Assembly (NCBI RefSeq): GCF_006345805.1
Contig: NC_042999.1
Location: 47,740,001 to 47,804,000 of the forward strand
Origin: Octopus sinensis
Taxonomy: Eukaryota
Direction: 5' to 3'
Length of the DNA stretch: 64,000 nt
Shown here: positions 26,413 through 40,015 of the stretch, piece after piece
How the letters are laid out: each line of letters starts with the position of its first letter
Position numbering within the stretch: the first letter of the stretch is position 1
Position numbers and translations under genes: made by a program
The notes under the pieces: model-generated
Database searches by the model: none
What the model saw: the letters and a program-made list of their open reading frames with translations, nothing else
Told to the model about the DNA's origin: nothing

Positions 26413-26488
26413 AATGTACTGATGAAGTCACGGACACTTGAATTATGCAAGTAATTCTTTTGTTAAGACCGAAACCGAGGTATGCATT
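26413..26488 (+). ncRNA. Type I hammerhead ribozyme, copy 2
   Basis: Identical core to copy 1; predicted cleavage after A26482, 547 nt downstream. Confidence 0.75.
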
Positions 26489-26758
26489 TAAGTCTGTTAT
26501 TTATTTAATTTTTTATATGTCCTGCCCGCCAAAGTTGGTTCTGGTGTTCGCTGAATTCTTCCTCTAGAGAATTTCCCTTATAGTTTGATCGTTGATGATC
26601 TTTTTCTAGCATTCTAGCCGGCTACCTAGCAGGCCAGCCCTGCCAATATACACATATATTTGAATTTTCTCTGACTCCTCAGATTTTTTGAATGCTGGAC
26701 TACTGGTTTTAAATTGATATTAAAATTAATATTAATTTATCTCCCTCAATTTTTATAT

Positions 26759-26800
<42 letters not shown>

Positions 26801-26803
<3 letters not shown>

Positions 26804-27010
26804 TCTTTTATTTGTTTCAGTCATTTGACTGTGGCCCTGCTGGAGCACCGCCTTTAGTCGAGCAAATCGACCCCGGGACTTATTCTTTGTAAGCCTAGTA
26901 CTTATTCTATCGGCCTCTTTTGGCGAACCGCTAGGTTACGGGGACGTAAACACACCAGCATCGGTTGTCAAGCGATGTTGGGGGGACAAACACAGACACA
27001 CAAACATACA
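26801..27010 (-). mobile_element. SINE family 1, 3' half
   Basis: Close match to the family tail, ending in (CA)n. Confidence 0.9.
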
Positions 27011-27021
27011 CACACACACAT

Positions 27022-27077
<56 letters not shown>

Positions 27078-28859
27078 TTGTATGTATCCATGTGTGTCTA
27101 TATGCTTGTGTGTAAGTGTGTGTATTTGTGAATGTTTGTGTGAGTATGTACGCATTTATTTATGTTTATAGTAATACCGCGGGAGACAAACTGTACTTAA
27201 ATTGTAACTCTGCGTTCAGTATTGAATCTAATCCTCAATAAATATTCTATGGATATCTTTAAACAATCGTTGAAATTATAGTCTCAATTTAACACGCATA
27301 TTAATAATTTACAGCTTCTAGCGATCAATAACTCCTCGCTAGAATGTGTTTTTTTTTCTTGAATGACTATCGTTATACATGAAATATATTTATGTGCTCT
27401 ATACATTATGATGTTATTCGAACATCACAACTAAAATTTACATTCTAGCTAACATATCTTGATAAATTCTAAATGAGCAATGGAAAGAAAAAATTCTCCA
27501 TTTGTACTTTATCAGGTCTTGATTCGACACTGGAAACCTCGCATCATGATATCTCTCCGCTGGAATCAGGCCAACTGAAACTCTCTTCATCTCTCCACTA
27601 TTCTCCTTTTCATCTTTCTCACTTTGTATCTTTTATTAATTCTCGTCACAGCAAGGGTTAGTAGATAAGATTTTGAAGTGAAATGTATAACTAAGAATAG
27701 AACTTGCAATTTCATTTCACCAGGAGCGAAGGCGTTTCTCCAGAAAGTTACTGACGCACCATGACATTTTCCTCTTGGATAATATAGATATTGTTTTCTG
27801 AAGTATATAATCTGTTTCTTGTTATATTTGAATCACAGTTTATCAGGGGTCATGTGCGACCTTAAGATTCATGAAACATAAATCAAACAATTATGCTACG
27901 TTTTACGTTTTCTCGCCTAAACAAACAACCCACTTGATTTCCCAACAATATACAGTGACATGGTAATGTTACTATGATATACAGAAGAAATCTCTGGCAA
28001 TTTCATAAAGAAATTAATATTAAATTTTCTGTACGTGTAATATTTCTAATAACAAAAGCAACTAACAAAATTTAATACAAATCAGAATTCGATTATTATT
28101 TACAAAGTGTTGAGACATTTGAAAATACAACGTTGTCCTTTTAAAGATAATCGCTACAAGTAAAGCAATGGAGTCTAGCATATATTGTTTTACCTTGAAA
28201 TACGATATTTGTCACTTAATAAATCATTGACCAGTTATTGTCTATGAAATCAACGCATCCTCTAGACAGCTAACTCTATTTGGTATAGTTATCTTTTTAA
28301 ACCCAGATTCAAAAATATTTAAAAGTAATCTGTAACACAAACGGTCAAGATATAATATTCATTGTGACTTGTTTCTTCGTTCAGATGCGAATAACACGTT
28401 ATCAAAATAATGTGAACCGAATTCACAAAGTCAAGAACGATCAAAGTAATAACACGTAAATAACAAGTGAATTTGGAATGCTGATTTACAAACGAAGGGA
28501 ATAATGATAAAAGTTTTTATGAAGTAAACGATACTGGCAATGTCCAACGCAACGATATCACTAGAATAATATCGAAAACGGTCTAATGAGAATGTCAACC
28601 ATGATTGCACAAATTCATATGATCATGATCATCATGGTTCTCCTACACCTCCTATTTTCCCTCCTTTCCTCCTCCTCTTTCCCTCCTTCCTCATCTCCTC
28701 TTCCGCCTCATCATCATCAACATCATCATCATCATCATCATCATCATCACCTATGCGTATGTTTACAGTATATATATATACAGGGGCTTGCAGATAAATT
28801 GAGATTAATTTTAAGCAGTTGACTTAGTGGGTTTTCATTTTTTGACAAAACATTGCTTA

Positions 28860-28960
28860 CATTATTTACATTATTTACAATTGACGGATATTTGTCCTCA
28901 TCTTTTTTATTGTTAACACAACGTTTTGGCTGTTATACTCTCCAGTCTTCATCAGTCTTG
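28860..28960 (-). mobile_element. Penelope pLTR-like remnant with decayed minimal hammerhead (28917-28960)
   Basis: Minus strand: CTGATGA-A-GACTG-GAGAGTATAA-CAGCC-AAAA-CG-TT-GTG. GAAA is mutated and stem I is lost. Confidence 0.5.
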
Positions 28961-30069
28961 ATCACAGGGTTACCCATTTACAGCTGTGTTTGCTAGAGCA
29001 AATACAAAAAAGATATATTTTGCTAAAGAGCCTAACGTATCACCGGTATGAATTCGAAAATACAATTTTGTGCTCGTGATTCCCACACCCTGACCACGAA
29101 TTCATACCCCTCCCCCCCACACACACACATACACACAATTATACACAAAGACACACGCACATTCATATACAAGCGTACATAAACGGAGGAACACATATAT
29201 GCTTTTGCCACAGTATGAAACTAATAGAATTATAAAATGCTACTCATCGAACTGCTACGGAACATGTATGAAACTCGAGGAGATAAGAAAAGGAGTACGA
29301 TACGTCGGATTGTGCTATTGCCACTTTGACTGCCATTGTAGTCTGACTAATTATCAGGAATTTGCTCTCACGCATATTTCTAAACTGTTACCCAGCGTCG
29401 CTCTGCTTCCTTCATTCAACAGGATTCAATCGACAAAAGCAATAACACTAGTATTTTTTTAAAATTTACATATTATTTTACAGAGTTTTCTTCTTCCTCC
29501 CTTGCTGTATATGAAATAATAACATAGCATCGTTGAAACAACATCGTATCTCTTAATCTGTTAGTAAAAAGCAAATGTTTGAAATTAATATTTGTTCATT
29601 AACTCATTGTTAGACACAATTAAATTACATTTTTGAACGTATTTTTATTACAAGTTTGTAAATAGTTTGGACAAAACTGTTAGGTTTGTGTAATTATACA
29701 AATATAGTAAGGTTTGTTCTAATTAGAATATAACTATAGCAATGAATAGCATTAATTAGAATGCCAGCATTAAAAGTAACGATAATCGTATGCAAATATT
29801 TCTGTTTTACTGATTTAACCTAAATTTGAGACACCAGCAAAAGACGGATTTCGACTGATGTACTTGCGCGTACAAATGCACGTTCTCACGTCTTTATCGA
29901 TCGCATTCTCGCCTGGAATCGATTTTTGTAATTTTTTCAAGACTTATACACGGTATCTATATATCAAATTTGAGCGCAATTGGATGGAGGATGACCGAGA
30001 TCCTAGAAGACTCACACACACAGACATAACGGATTTTATATAATATATATATATATATATATACACATA

Positions 30070-30841
30070 TATTGGGTTGGCAACTAAGTTCCCGTGGGTT
30101 TTTAAAATTTGGGAATCTATTTTTTTTCTAGTTAATTTTAATAATTTTTTTCGTTTTTCATTTTCAAATAATAAAATGAAATGTCAAGTTAAGAAAAACG
30201 AACATTTCCGCCGTCTCCATCTTTTTGTTTTTAATCAAGTTTCTAAGGCTGCAAAAGCTGCTTGCGACATTTGTGCTGTGTATAGAAAGGGTGAAACAAG
30301 ATCTTCATCCGCGTAAAACGATTTTGTGCGTATGGTTAGATTGGGAATGTTTTATCCATTACGAATTGTTTGAACGGAACCAAACGGTCAATGCGGAACT
30401 CTATGTTCAACAGATGGAACGACTCAACATGGCTATTCAAGAGAAAAGACCTAATCGACATCATGAAGTTCTTCTGGTGCATGACAACACCCGCCCTCAT
30501 TTCACCAATATGACAAAGGGAGCCAGTCAAACGCAACACTGGGAAGTGCCGCCACATCCGCCGTACTCTCCTGATTTTTCACCAACGGATTTCCACCTCT
30601 TTCGATCACTTTCAAATGTTATGCGCTGAGTTTCGTTCAATACTGATGCAGAAGTGAGATCTTGGTTGGATCAATTTTTCGAGTTGAAATCGCAGGATTT
30701 CTACCAACAACGTATTGAAAATCTTGTTGAACTTTAGGAAGAAGCTGTAAACAACAAGGGTGAATACATTATTGTTTAATTAGTTGTTTTTTTTATTTAA
30801 CTTAAAAAAAAAACAGCGGGAACTTAGTTGCCAACCCAATA
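30070..30841 (+). mobile_element. Internally deleted mariner (D,D34D) element with TIRs and TA TSD
   Basis: TIR TTGGGTTGGCAACTAAGTTCCCG at 30072-30094, inverse at 30817-30839, flanked by TA. N-terminal EHFRRLHLFVF..AAKAACDICAVY is joined to HDNTRPH..HPPYSPDFSPTDFHLFRSL. Confidence 0.92.
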
Positions 30842-33800
30842 TATGTGTGAGTGTGTGTGCGTACGTGTGTGTCTCTATATTACTAACATTTTTATTCTAC
30901 ACGATCTTTCGTATACTCATAGGTATATTACACGGGCGCTCTCGTAAACACGCACGCACACAGGCACACACACACTCACATACTCACACTAGGCACGCAC
31001 GAACATGCACATACTCATAGAGAAACACTAAGCTGTGTATATTGAAACACGTTCATTTCCTTTGTGTCGTGTATACTCTCTAGGATTTTATAGTTTTTTA
31101 CGTCAGTGTACCAAACATTTCTTAATAATTCAGCCATAACTGGAGAACACTGGCTGCGAAATGCACGGAAAGAGTTTTATTTTTAATTTACCTGTGAGCT
31201 TTCAGTCACTGCACGGCTGTCATGCAAGGGTAAGACCTACAAGAATTTTAATCGTTGATATCAAACAGTCTATATTTCTTTCTGCTACCTATGTTATCGA
31301 GCAGTTGCTTTTTTCGAAATTTTCCCGTAACTTTCTCGATTTAAATATTCAGTAAATCCATGTATCACTTACAGCCAGTAAGATAAATAGGAAAGAACAC
31401 TACAACAAAATTCATCATGCACACTTTACACGATTGTTGTCCACTCATTGGCCGTCTTATAGATTCCTCTCACAATATATTGTGAACCTCAGGTTACGAT
31501 AGATTTCTCTTGCACAATATCAAGAAAAATAATCGATGCTTAAGTAATATAAATTTTCGTTGAAAGAATATCTCAACTTATCCCTTTATATGTTTTTTCC
31601 TCTCAAACTATATACGAAACGAATAATGTCAGTCTAAGTGACTGTTTGATTTGGCCAAAACTGAAGAATAAAAAGATCAAATTGATTACATTTTCTGATC
31701 TCATTTTACATGTTTCTTCATCTACGAAATATGTGTATCATCAAGGGGGTTTTGCAATCATGTTCGGAAGCTCAAAGTTTGGATTCTAAACATTTCAGCT
31801 GTAAAGGGGAAACCTTGTTATCGACTGGTGTTCAGTTCTGAGGAATGTTATTCTACCCATCTTACCAGTCGATATAACATACCAGCAATATGATATGGTC
31901 GAATGAATCATTAAATTCATTTACGTCTAATCAACCGATTAGATAATTGTCTTAAGACGAATCGATAATAATTTGTACTCATAATAATGTAGTCAACTTT
32001 GGTTTAATCAACTGCATGATTTTTAATGATTAGACTAGCAACACATTGCATACTTTGTAGATTTGTAGTATCAATTTTATATATTTTCTCTAGGGTAAAT
32101 AATCTAGCTGTGCTATATTTACTGAAAATTATTCACATAAGTGATTCAAGTCCAGACTGCTCGAAATCGAGCTATTAGCGAATGTTAGTGTCGAACATAA
32201 AGGAAATAAAGATCATACAATTCTTTAGCATTATAACTCCATTCAGCAGAAATTGCAGTCTTATTAATGATACTTCTCGACAATGATGACAAAAGTAAGA
32301 GTTAAATATATACTTGAATAAAAATTTAAAGTAGTATTAAACAGTGAGTAACAAATCTGGTTCTTGGTAATTATTGTGAAGATTCCATGCCTATTTCATC
32401 CTTGTGGATCCTCCTCCACAATGAATCGTCTAACACATGCATAAGAGATCAAAGAAGAATTCTGTGAAGATACTGTTTTTCCTTTATCCAAGAAGAAAAA
32501 ACAGTGACAAGTATCCGCTACAAAGAATTCAGGACTAGTTGAAGGCATAACTGCAACTGTGCCGAATGCTTACCAAAATATGTGCTGCGCTAAATGTATT
32601 CAAAGAACTGAACCAGAGTTTAATGTGCACTTAGAATTCCACATTTCCACTCCCCGGATTGCTTATAACGTTTTAACCACTAAAAGAAGAATGGTAAGGG
32701 TTAAGGATGCACATAGCTAAATTTGAAATCAGAAGACAGACAGTCGGAATACATCACAAGAGACATTTTAGCCGACGTTACAAGAACACTGCAAATCAGC
32801 CCCTTATTTTGTAAAAACAAATATTCTATGGTTAGGCAATTCCAAATAATAACACCGGAAAATATCGCAGAAGTCATTTTGCATGTGTCACATATAGCAA
32901 AGTGTGAGATAACATAATGTAGCGTACACTATTGAAGAAATATCTATCCCAATTATGCGCTAAAGATTGACAGCTACATAAAATCGAGCAGTGGTTTTCA
33001 AACTGATCAAAAATGTTGTCTCCTAATCCAAACAATAAGAAACATATATATTACTGAAATGTGTTGCTTTCCTTCTAATTGCGATTAATAGGACAGGAAA
33101 ATAGTCATTTCAGCCAATGATATCATGCATGACTTTGGCGTGGTGTTAAACAAGTTGAGACTGTGTAAAAGTATCTGAAGTCATTTATCATTATCATTTG
33201 TCTACCACTCCTTCAATACTCAAAGACTACATTGGTAGTAGCATTCTCCAAAAGGACCAATGAATAAAGCGCTGAAGCTTGAATTATATTTACTGTTGAC
33301 GAAATAACCTGCCGAATTCGGAGTTGTATTTTTGATTTCGCCCTTACTATGTCATTAACGTTATTAATACAATTCGACTTGAGTAAATAGTATGTTATTC
33401 TAACAGAGGTAATTTTCAGTTGCCATCAATGTTTTTTCTCACAACACACTAGAATAACCAGCTGGTAGCAACGTATTTCTCGAAAGACTTTCCATATTTT
33501 CGCTCTTCTATTGTCAAATTGCGATCAAATTGTATAATATTATATGGGATCGTTAAATAACCTACATAAGCTCATACAATAACTTATTCGTTGTTTTCTG
33601 TTTTTTACCTCCACTGTACATATTTTGCCAAACTATTCAATTGCATTGCCCAAAGGGTTTCACAAACATTTACCTTAATAATAATTGAACTTTGATTTAT
33701 ATACACAAAGTACTGAGTATCGTTATTTTGAAATACAAACTAGGTTCTGTATACCTGAAGCAGGCAAATAGAAACTGCTCCTTGAAATGGAATTGGAAAC

Positions 33801-34187
33801 TTAGAAGAAAATCATTGTAGAATATACTCTGGAAAAATCTGTTGGGTGGAACAAAATTCACGCATAAATTAAATACTATACGCTTCCGAATTGTCAAGCA
33901 CATGCTTCATTTTTTCTAAAGTTAAATAAAACAAATAAGTACATGATGAATACACACGTATTTGTACGAATGCATTGTTGCTGTTACTGCAAGAAGAAAA
34001 ACAATCAATGTAATACCAGCTGGTGTTGTTTTTCCCTCTTGTTATTTCACGCGCAATTCAATTTATATGTTAATTCTTATTGGTTTAAAAATTGCCGTCC
34101 AGAAAATTCAACATAGTTGTTTATGCTTCCCTGATCGTCATATTAATAAGGAAGGAATTGTTATAATAACAATAATCCTTTCTAACT

Positions 34188-34380
34188 AAAGGAACAAGGC
34201 CTGAAATTTTGAGAGAGGGGACTAGTCGATGACATCTACCCCGGTATTTATTTTTTCGACTTCGAAAGGGGTGAAAGGCAAAGTCGACCTCGGTGGAATT
34301 CGAACTCAGGACATTGCGACAGGCGAAATAGCGCTACGCATTCCATGCACCATGTTAGCGATTTTGCCAGCTCGCCGCCA
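34188..34380 (-). mobile_element. SINE family 3
   Basis: Minus strand GGCGGCGAGCTGGCAAAATCGCTAAC..GAGTTCGAATTCCACCGAGGTCGACTTTGCCTTTCACCCC. Confidence 0.8.
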
Positions 34381-34662
34381 TAGTTTGGGTGAATATTATT
34401 GATAATTTATGCATAGCTAAAAATTGCATTAGCAGGAAGCCAGGTATTTCGAAGGGTAGTGTATATTTCATACAAACAATGTGTAGGTTGTTTACTTTCT
34501 TTGACTCTCTTAGAGATGAGATCAGTATTTAATTTCATTGAGATATGAGACTGAAAATAGAAAACCTTCAAAATAAGTAATTTGTACAGAGAACGCTATT
34601 CTATAGAGCTATAAATATAAACTATTCTTAGTGCATCTAAAGGAATACACACACACACACCC

Positions 34663-34699
<37 letters not shown>

Positions 34700-34886
34700 T
34701 ATCAAAAGGATGTGTTATAATACCATTCCACATATACAAAAACAACCATACCAACAATCCAACGTACATCAATCCTTCATCAGCTGTCCCACGGATATCA
34801 TTATGGTTTAGACACCTGGGTTTTACCATTCAATCCGGCGGTGTCAACAGTACTAAAATAAGTGTTGTTTAGGAACAAACAAACCA

Positions 34887-34923
<37 letters not shown>

Positions 34924-34940
34924 ATATATATTATATATAT

Positions 34941-34984
34941 ATAAGGGTATCTGAGAGATACACTTATCTCTCAGATAACCTTAT
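34941..34984. repeat. 20-bp-stem hairpin, 4-nt loop
   Basis: ATAAGGGTATCTGAGAGATA-CACT-TATCTCTCAGATAACCTTAT, 1 mismatch. Confidence 0.85.
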
Positions 34985-36831
34985 TTATAGTTTTAAATAA
35001 TTATTACCTTTGTATGGTATTTATTCACAGGCTGGCCACGTGATAAAATCGATATGTAAATATCGATATTATCCTTATTTATAAATTTATATATATATGT
35101 TTGTGGTCATACGTTGATACAGAAAATTTGTTACATATAATTATAGAAACTCCAGATAATACACAAGTTTGAGGAACGAGATTTCATTCCACATTTCAAG
35201 AAATAAATGTTGTCGTAATTTTAAAGTAGACTACAGGACACTTAGTAAACCATTAACATCTGGTTTATGCCTGCTTGGCATCAAACTATTTTAACGTTGG
35301 ATATCTCCCTTGTGTATTTCATTTTTGTCTTCTTTACAAATGTCTTATGTTTAAAAGTCAACTATTCAAAAGACAACTGTAAAAGCGGTTTTGGTTTCAA
35401 CTTAATATATAGTGGAATAAATAATTTCGACCAGGAAACCCTGGATAGCTGTAATTTCACGATTTGTGGTTTTTAGTTTCATATTATATATATTTATATA
35501 ATTCAATGTGGAATTGTCAGAAAAGTCTAAATATCACAATTATGAAATAACCTTTAGATTTCCTGGCGGTGGTTTCTTATAAACTTTAATGCCACACACT
35601 GAAAATATATCTCACAAATATTCACATTCTTACAAAGGGCTTACAGACATAGCTCAGCATCTCAAATATTTACGATACCATTGCATGTACATTTAGCAAA
35701 CTTTGCCCATACAGACACACACAATCATACATAAATATAAGTATGAATATATGCATGTAAGTTTATGTCTATGTGTATAGAGAATAAACACGCAATACTA
35801 TTTTATCAGTTTAGACAATTTAATTTGTATATGTCTAGGCATATGTTTCTGCATGTATGTTTGCATGTATGTACCTATGTATGTATGTATGTATGTATGT
35901 ATGTATGTATGTATGTATGTATGTATGTATGTATGTATGTATGTATGTATGTATGTATGTATGTATGTATGTATGTATGTATGTATGTATGTATGTGTGT
36001 GTGTTTGTATGGGCATATGTGTGTGTACATCGTTGATACTTCACCTATGTACACAACTGCTAACTGATATTATCTTATTCTAAGGATTACTGTAATCTTC
36101 GATCACGGGAATACCAACTACTTTTACTTTAGATACTCCTCAATTTTTCGACGCACTGGTAACTACTGATATCCTTGAATATGAATAATCTTTATATATA
36201 TATATATATATCCGACGGCAAAATAAGTGTCTTTATATACTTACTCTTCAAATTATAAATTAAATGGTATCATATATTTAGCTTATTCATTCTCGCTTTC
36301 TAATTTATAACTACCCGCTCAAAGATGAACCAATTTTAGCCATCTTTGAAAGATAGCCTAAACACCTAATTTTGTCACTTCAAGCCTGAGTTCAATGGTA
36401 CACCAAACGGAACACGTATAGTAGTATATATTTTGAATTACGTCATCACAAAATTTATTTTTTATAACTAGTTTATACACACATACATACATTCATACGT
36501 ACGTACGAGTGTGTGTGTTTATAGATGTATGCATTTAAGTAATAATTTATGTTTCAGTATAAAGCACACACGTATGTGTCCTTGGTTTTGCTTTACATTA
36601 AGTATGTAAATATGTATTGAGACTTCTGCAACTAACACGATATTGTAAAGTCCCAAAAGCAACAAAAGTTAAACGATAAACAACTAAAACACCCAATAGA
36701 GAAAAGAATAATTAATATAAAGTGCAACTGTTTATTTTTATGAACATTATATTTCTACGCTTTCTGAATATATATATATATATATAATATATATATATAT
36801 TATATATATATATAATATATATATATATATA

Positions 36832-36866
<35 letters not shown>

Positions 36867-37804
36867 CATACATACATATATATATGTGTATATATATATA
36901 TATACATACATACATATATATATATGTGTATATATATATATATACTTTGATACTTTGATACTTTGATAGGTTTCGGCCATTATTGGCCCAGGCCATGTCT
37001 AACTTAATAGCACCACCATATATATATATGCACTTTGATAAAAAGCACAGTTATTCTCTTCACTTCCATTTATTAGATTAACGACCTTGCTCAGTCATTA
37101 ATACACTGACACCCTTGTTGACTTTTGCTGTTCTTTTTTCTAGGAAGGATACTCCTAGAAGAAACACAAAAACGAATTGGACAGTGCGGTGTGTTGTTCG
37201 AAATATTTTTGAGCCAAAAGAGAAAAGGTTTCGTTTGGAAAGTACCCCAGAATAAATAAATAAATAAAGAATGAAATAAAGGTAGAAAGAAAGAGAATGA
37301 GAGAAGAATAAAACGAATAAAAATACCAAGTGATTAATCTTGTAACATCACTTAGTCATAATGGAATTTGACAGCAGATAAATTTCTAATATAAAGTATC
37401 TCTTTATTTCCATTGCTCTTGTCGTAAGAAGATAATGGGGTCAAAAAGGATGTGGTTTGTCATAGAAATTGTATTAGATATAATTAGGCATTATCGGAAA
37501 TAGGAATTAGAGTAGGATCGGGGAAGATGATGCAGTTTGATTTATATCTAACTTCTGGAAAGAAACAAATATAATAAATAATGAAAATGGAATACGAAAG
37601 ATGATATACGAAAATATAAACGAGTGTAAAAGAGAGAGAGGTGAGAGTGAGAATAAGGGAGGAAAGACGAGAAAACGTGTTACTGTGTATGCACCTCACT
37701 TATCAGATAACACACTTTCAGATTATTTTAGTACCTTTGGATTGTTGACTCCGTATAAATGATGATGCACATGAATGTAGCAAACGAATACTAATATATG
37801 GTTG

Positions 37805-37883
37805 ATAAAAGCCACACGCTAGAAGGGACTCATTATTTCGGTAGCTTTGACTTTAAGAGTCCCTCCTAGCGTGTGGCATTTAT
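37805..37883. repeat. 21-27-bp-stem hairpin, 25-nt loop
   Basis: GCCACACGCTAGAAGGGACTC / GAGTCCCTCCTAGCGTGTGGC, 1 mismatch. Confidence 0.85.
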
Positions 37884-37904
37884 GTATAGTAATGCTCTGT
37901 ATAT

Positions 37905-37979
<75 letters not shown>

Positions 37980-39799
37980 GTATGGATATATATCTGTGTG
38001 AGTAAGAGGTTGATAAACCAATTAAGGGATAGTAACTATCCAATATACTGCTTGTAGTGTACCCAGTTATTCGTAGTCAATTGCTAGTTATTGTATGGCA
38101 ATCTCGCAATTGAGTATTATATATGGGCGGGGTAAAAAAGTGATTTACCCATGATTTATACGGCAAGTAAGAAAATGGAGCGGCAATAACATCGACTGAC
38201 ATCAGCCGGTAAACATTCAATTATGTCTATTTTTTTTAGCTGTATTGGATGAATACACACACATGTATGAGTGATACACATTAACGAGTAACAAAAGCAG
38301 GTAACTGCATAGACAAGTGTGTGAATAATTACAACTATATAGAAACAAATAAGCAAAAATATAAAAGGGTGTGCAGGAACTAATTCATTACGGCCGTAGG
38401 CACTGAATTCTTTTTTAGCAACTACTATTAGTTAGTCACATATATGTGGAGGACACACATTAATCATTGAGAGAGGCATACAAAGAATGTTAAGTTCACG
38501 TAAACATGAATTATTTGGTGTCAAAATATTCGTTACACGGACAGTGGCTTCGTCATTAACGCTATTCCGCTGTAGTCTTTGTGGGATTTTTTTTTAATGG
38601 CTCTGTGAATGCCTAATATGCGTATCCTCCGCACTGTAAGTGTTTTAGTTTCAACAAGCGGTTTCATATCAAATAACTTGCAGACATCTAGAGACCCGAA
38701 ATTCTCTGCTATCAGTTTAATCAATTCTGTCTCGTCTTCAGCAACAGTAAGAATACTAGCAATATGCACGCCACGGGAATATTACACTTGTTCAGCAGCT
38801 AACAGTCTTCTCCTTTCTCTCTATCTCTATTTCTATGTATATGTGTGTACATATATATTGTGCGTGCTCGCGTGTGTCTATGTGTGTGAGTATGTCTCTG
38901 TGTGTGAGTGTGTCTGTGTGCGTGAGTATGCATTTGTTTTTGATTGCGTTGTGTGTGTGTGTGTGTGTATGTGTATGTGCAAGAGTGTGTGAGTATGTGA
39001 ATATATCCATTTATGTATCTGTAAAGTTAGAAAATAAAAAAAGAAAGACATTTACAGCAAATTAATGGAACCTCATGTGATAGTATCATAATAACTGTTA
39101 ATCTTAAGTTTTATTAACCTAGTCATATTTTTATCCTGTACATCACTTAGAACCACTCTCTAACTTACGAACTATTAATCCATGTTGTTTCTTAACCTTA
39201 AGGATTACACAGATTATACAATTTTCTTGGGAATGTGTCTTGGTTCTGATTTTGTTGATCTGATTTGTCATATAAAAATATTGCAGTAGATATCATTTGT
39301 GTGATCTGTATGAATGTGATAGGGGTTCGTAGTACTAAACATTTTCGTTTTTTCATGTATCCCAAGTTTTTTCAAAACTTGATACTACAGTGATAACTTA
39401 TTAATATTTCATAAAAAATTTATTCAATTTTATTCTAAACATTTCGGCTACGTAAGGATTCGATCACTTCTTACTTCGTACATTTCGACACACTCTCTTT
39501 TCCCACGCTATATATGTTGATACCAATTCTTCATTTAAAGTATTTCTTTTTACCTTCTAACTGAAAATGAATACGAAAATTTCATTTGAAGTTTTAACTT
39601 TTAACTCATGAATGTGTACGGCGGCAGAAAACTGAATTTTATTATAGATTTTAGGTTTTATAGATTATATCACCGACTCGATATCTCTGAGATTACCTCT
39701 GTTATAGTATCTATTTAATGCACCAAATTTCAACTTCCCTATATCCTATTGTAAGTGCCTTCTATCTACCTATCTGTTACTAATATTCTGCGTTCACGT

Positions 39800-40015
39800 A
39801 AGGCGGCGGGATGGCAGAATTGTTAGTACGCCGGGTATAATGCTTAGCTGCATTTCGTCCATCTTTACGTTCCGAGTTCAAATTCCGGCGATGTAGCCTT
39901 TGTCTTTCACCCTTTCGGTGTCGATAATACAAGTGCCAGTTGAGCACTGGGGTCGATGTAATCGACTTGGCTCCTCTCAAGAACTGCTGGCCTCGTACCA
40001 AAACTTGAAACCAGT
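39800..40015 (+). mobile_element. SINE family 3, near full length
   Basis: AAGGCGGCGGGATGGCAGAATTGTTAG..GAGTTCAAATTCC head plus CCTTTCGGTGTCGATAA..GGGGTCGATGTAATCGACTT body. Confidence 0.85.

Larger units (their letters stand above)
25592..26754 (+). mobile_element. Retrozyme-like element: 103-bp inverted segment plus 1.94 tandem copies of a 547-bp hammerhead-containing monomer
   Basis: 25694-26207 matches 26241-26754 (about 7 substitutions). 25592-25694 is the reverse complement of 26005-26107 (1 mismatch). One hammerhead per monomer; no meaningful ORF. Confidence 0.8.

Noticed and set aside
25695-26754. CRISPR array or LTR pair
   Set aside because: Only two long copies with no spacers; no TG..CA ends, PBS or PPT; eukaryotic context.
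29800-30045. Helitron-like non-autonomous 3' end
   Set aside because: Only a loose recalled resemblance (CAAATTTGAG..ACACACAGACA..TTTTATA); termini and hairpin not identifiable.
32508-32699. Possible host exon (open frame QVSATKNSGLVEG..TTKRRM ending at GTAAGG)
   Set aside because: No convincing acceptor and no recognisable protein family; needs RNA-seq or BLASTX.
38533-38769. 78-aa non-repetitive ORF on the minus strand
   Set aside because: No recognisable motif; in-frame stop just upstream; no supporting splice structure.
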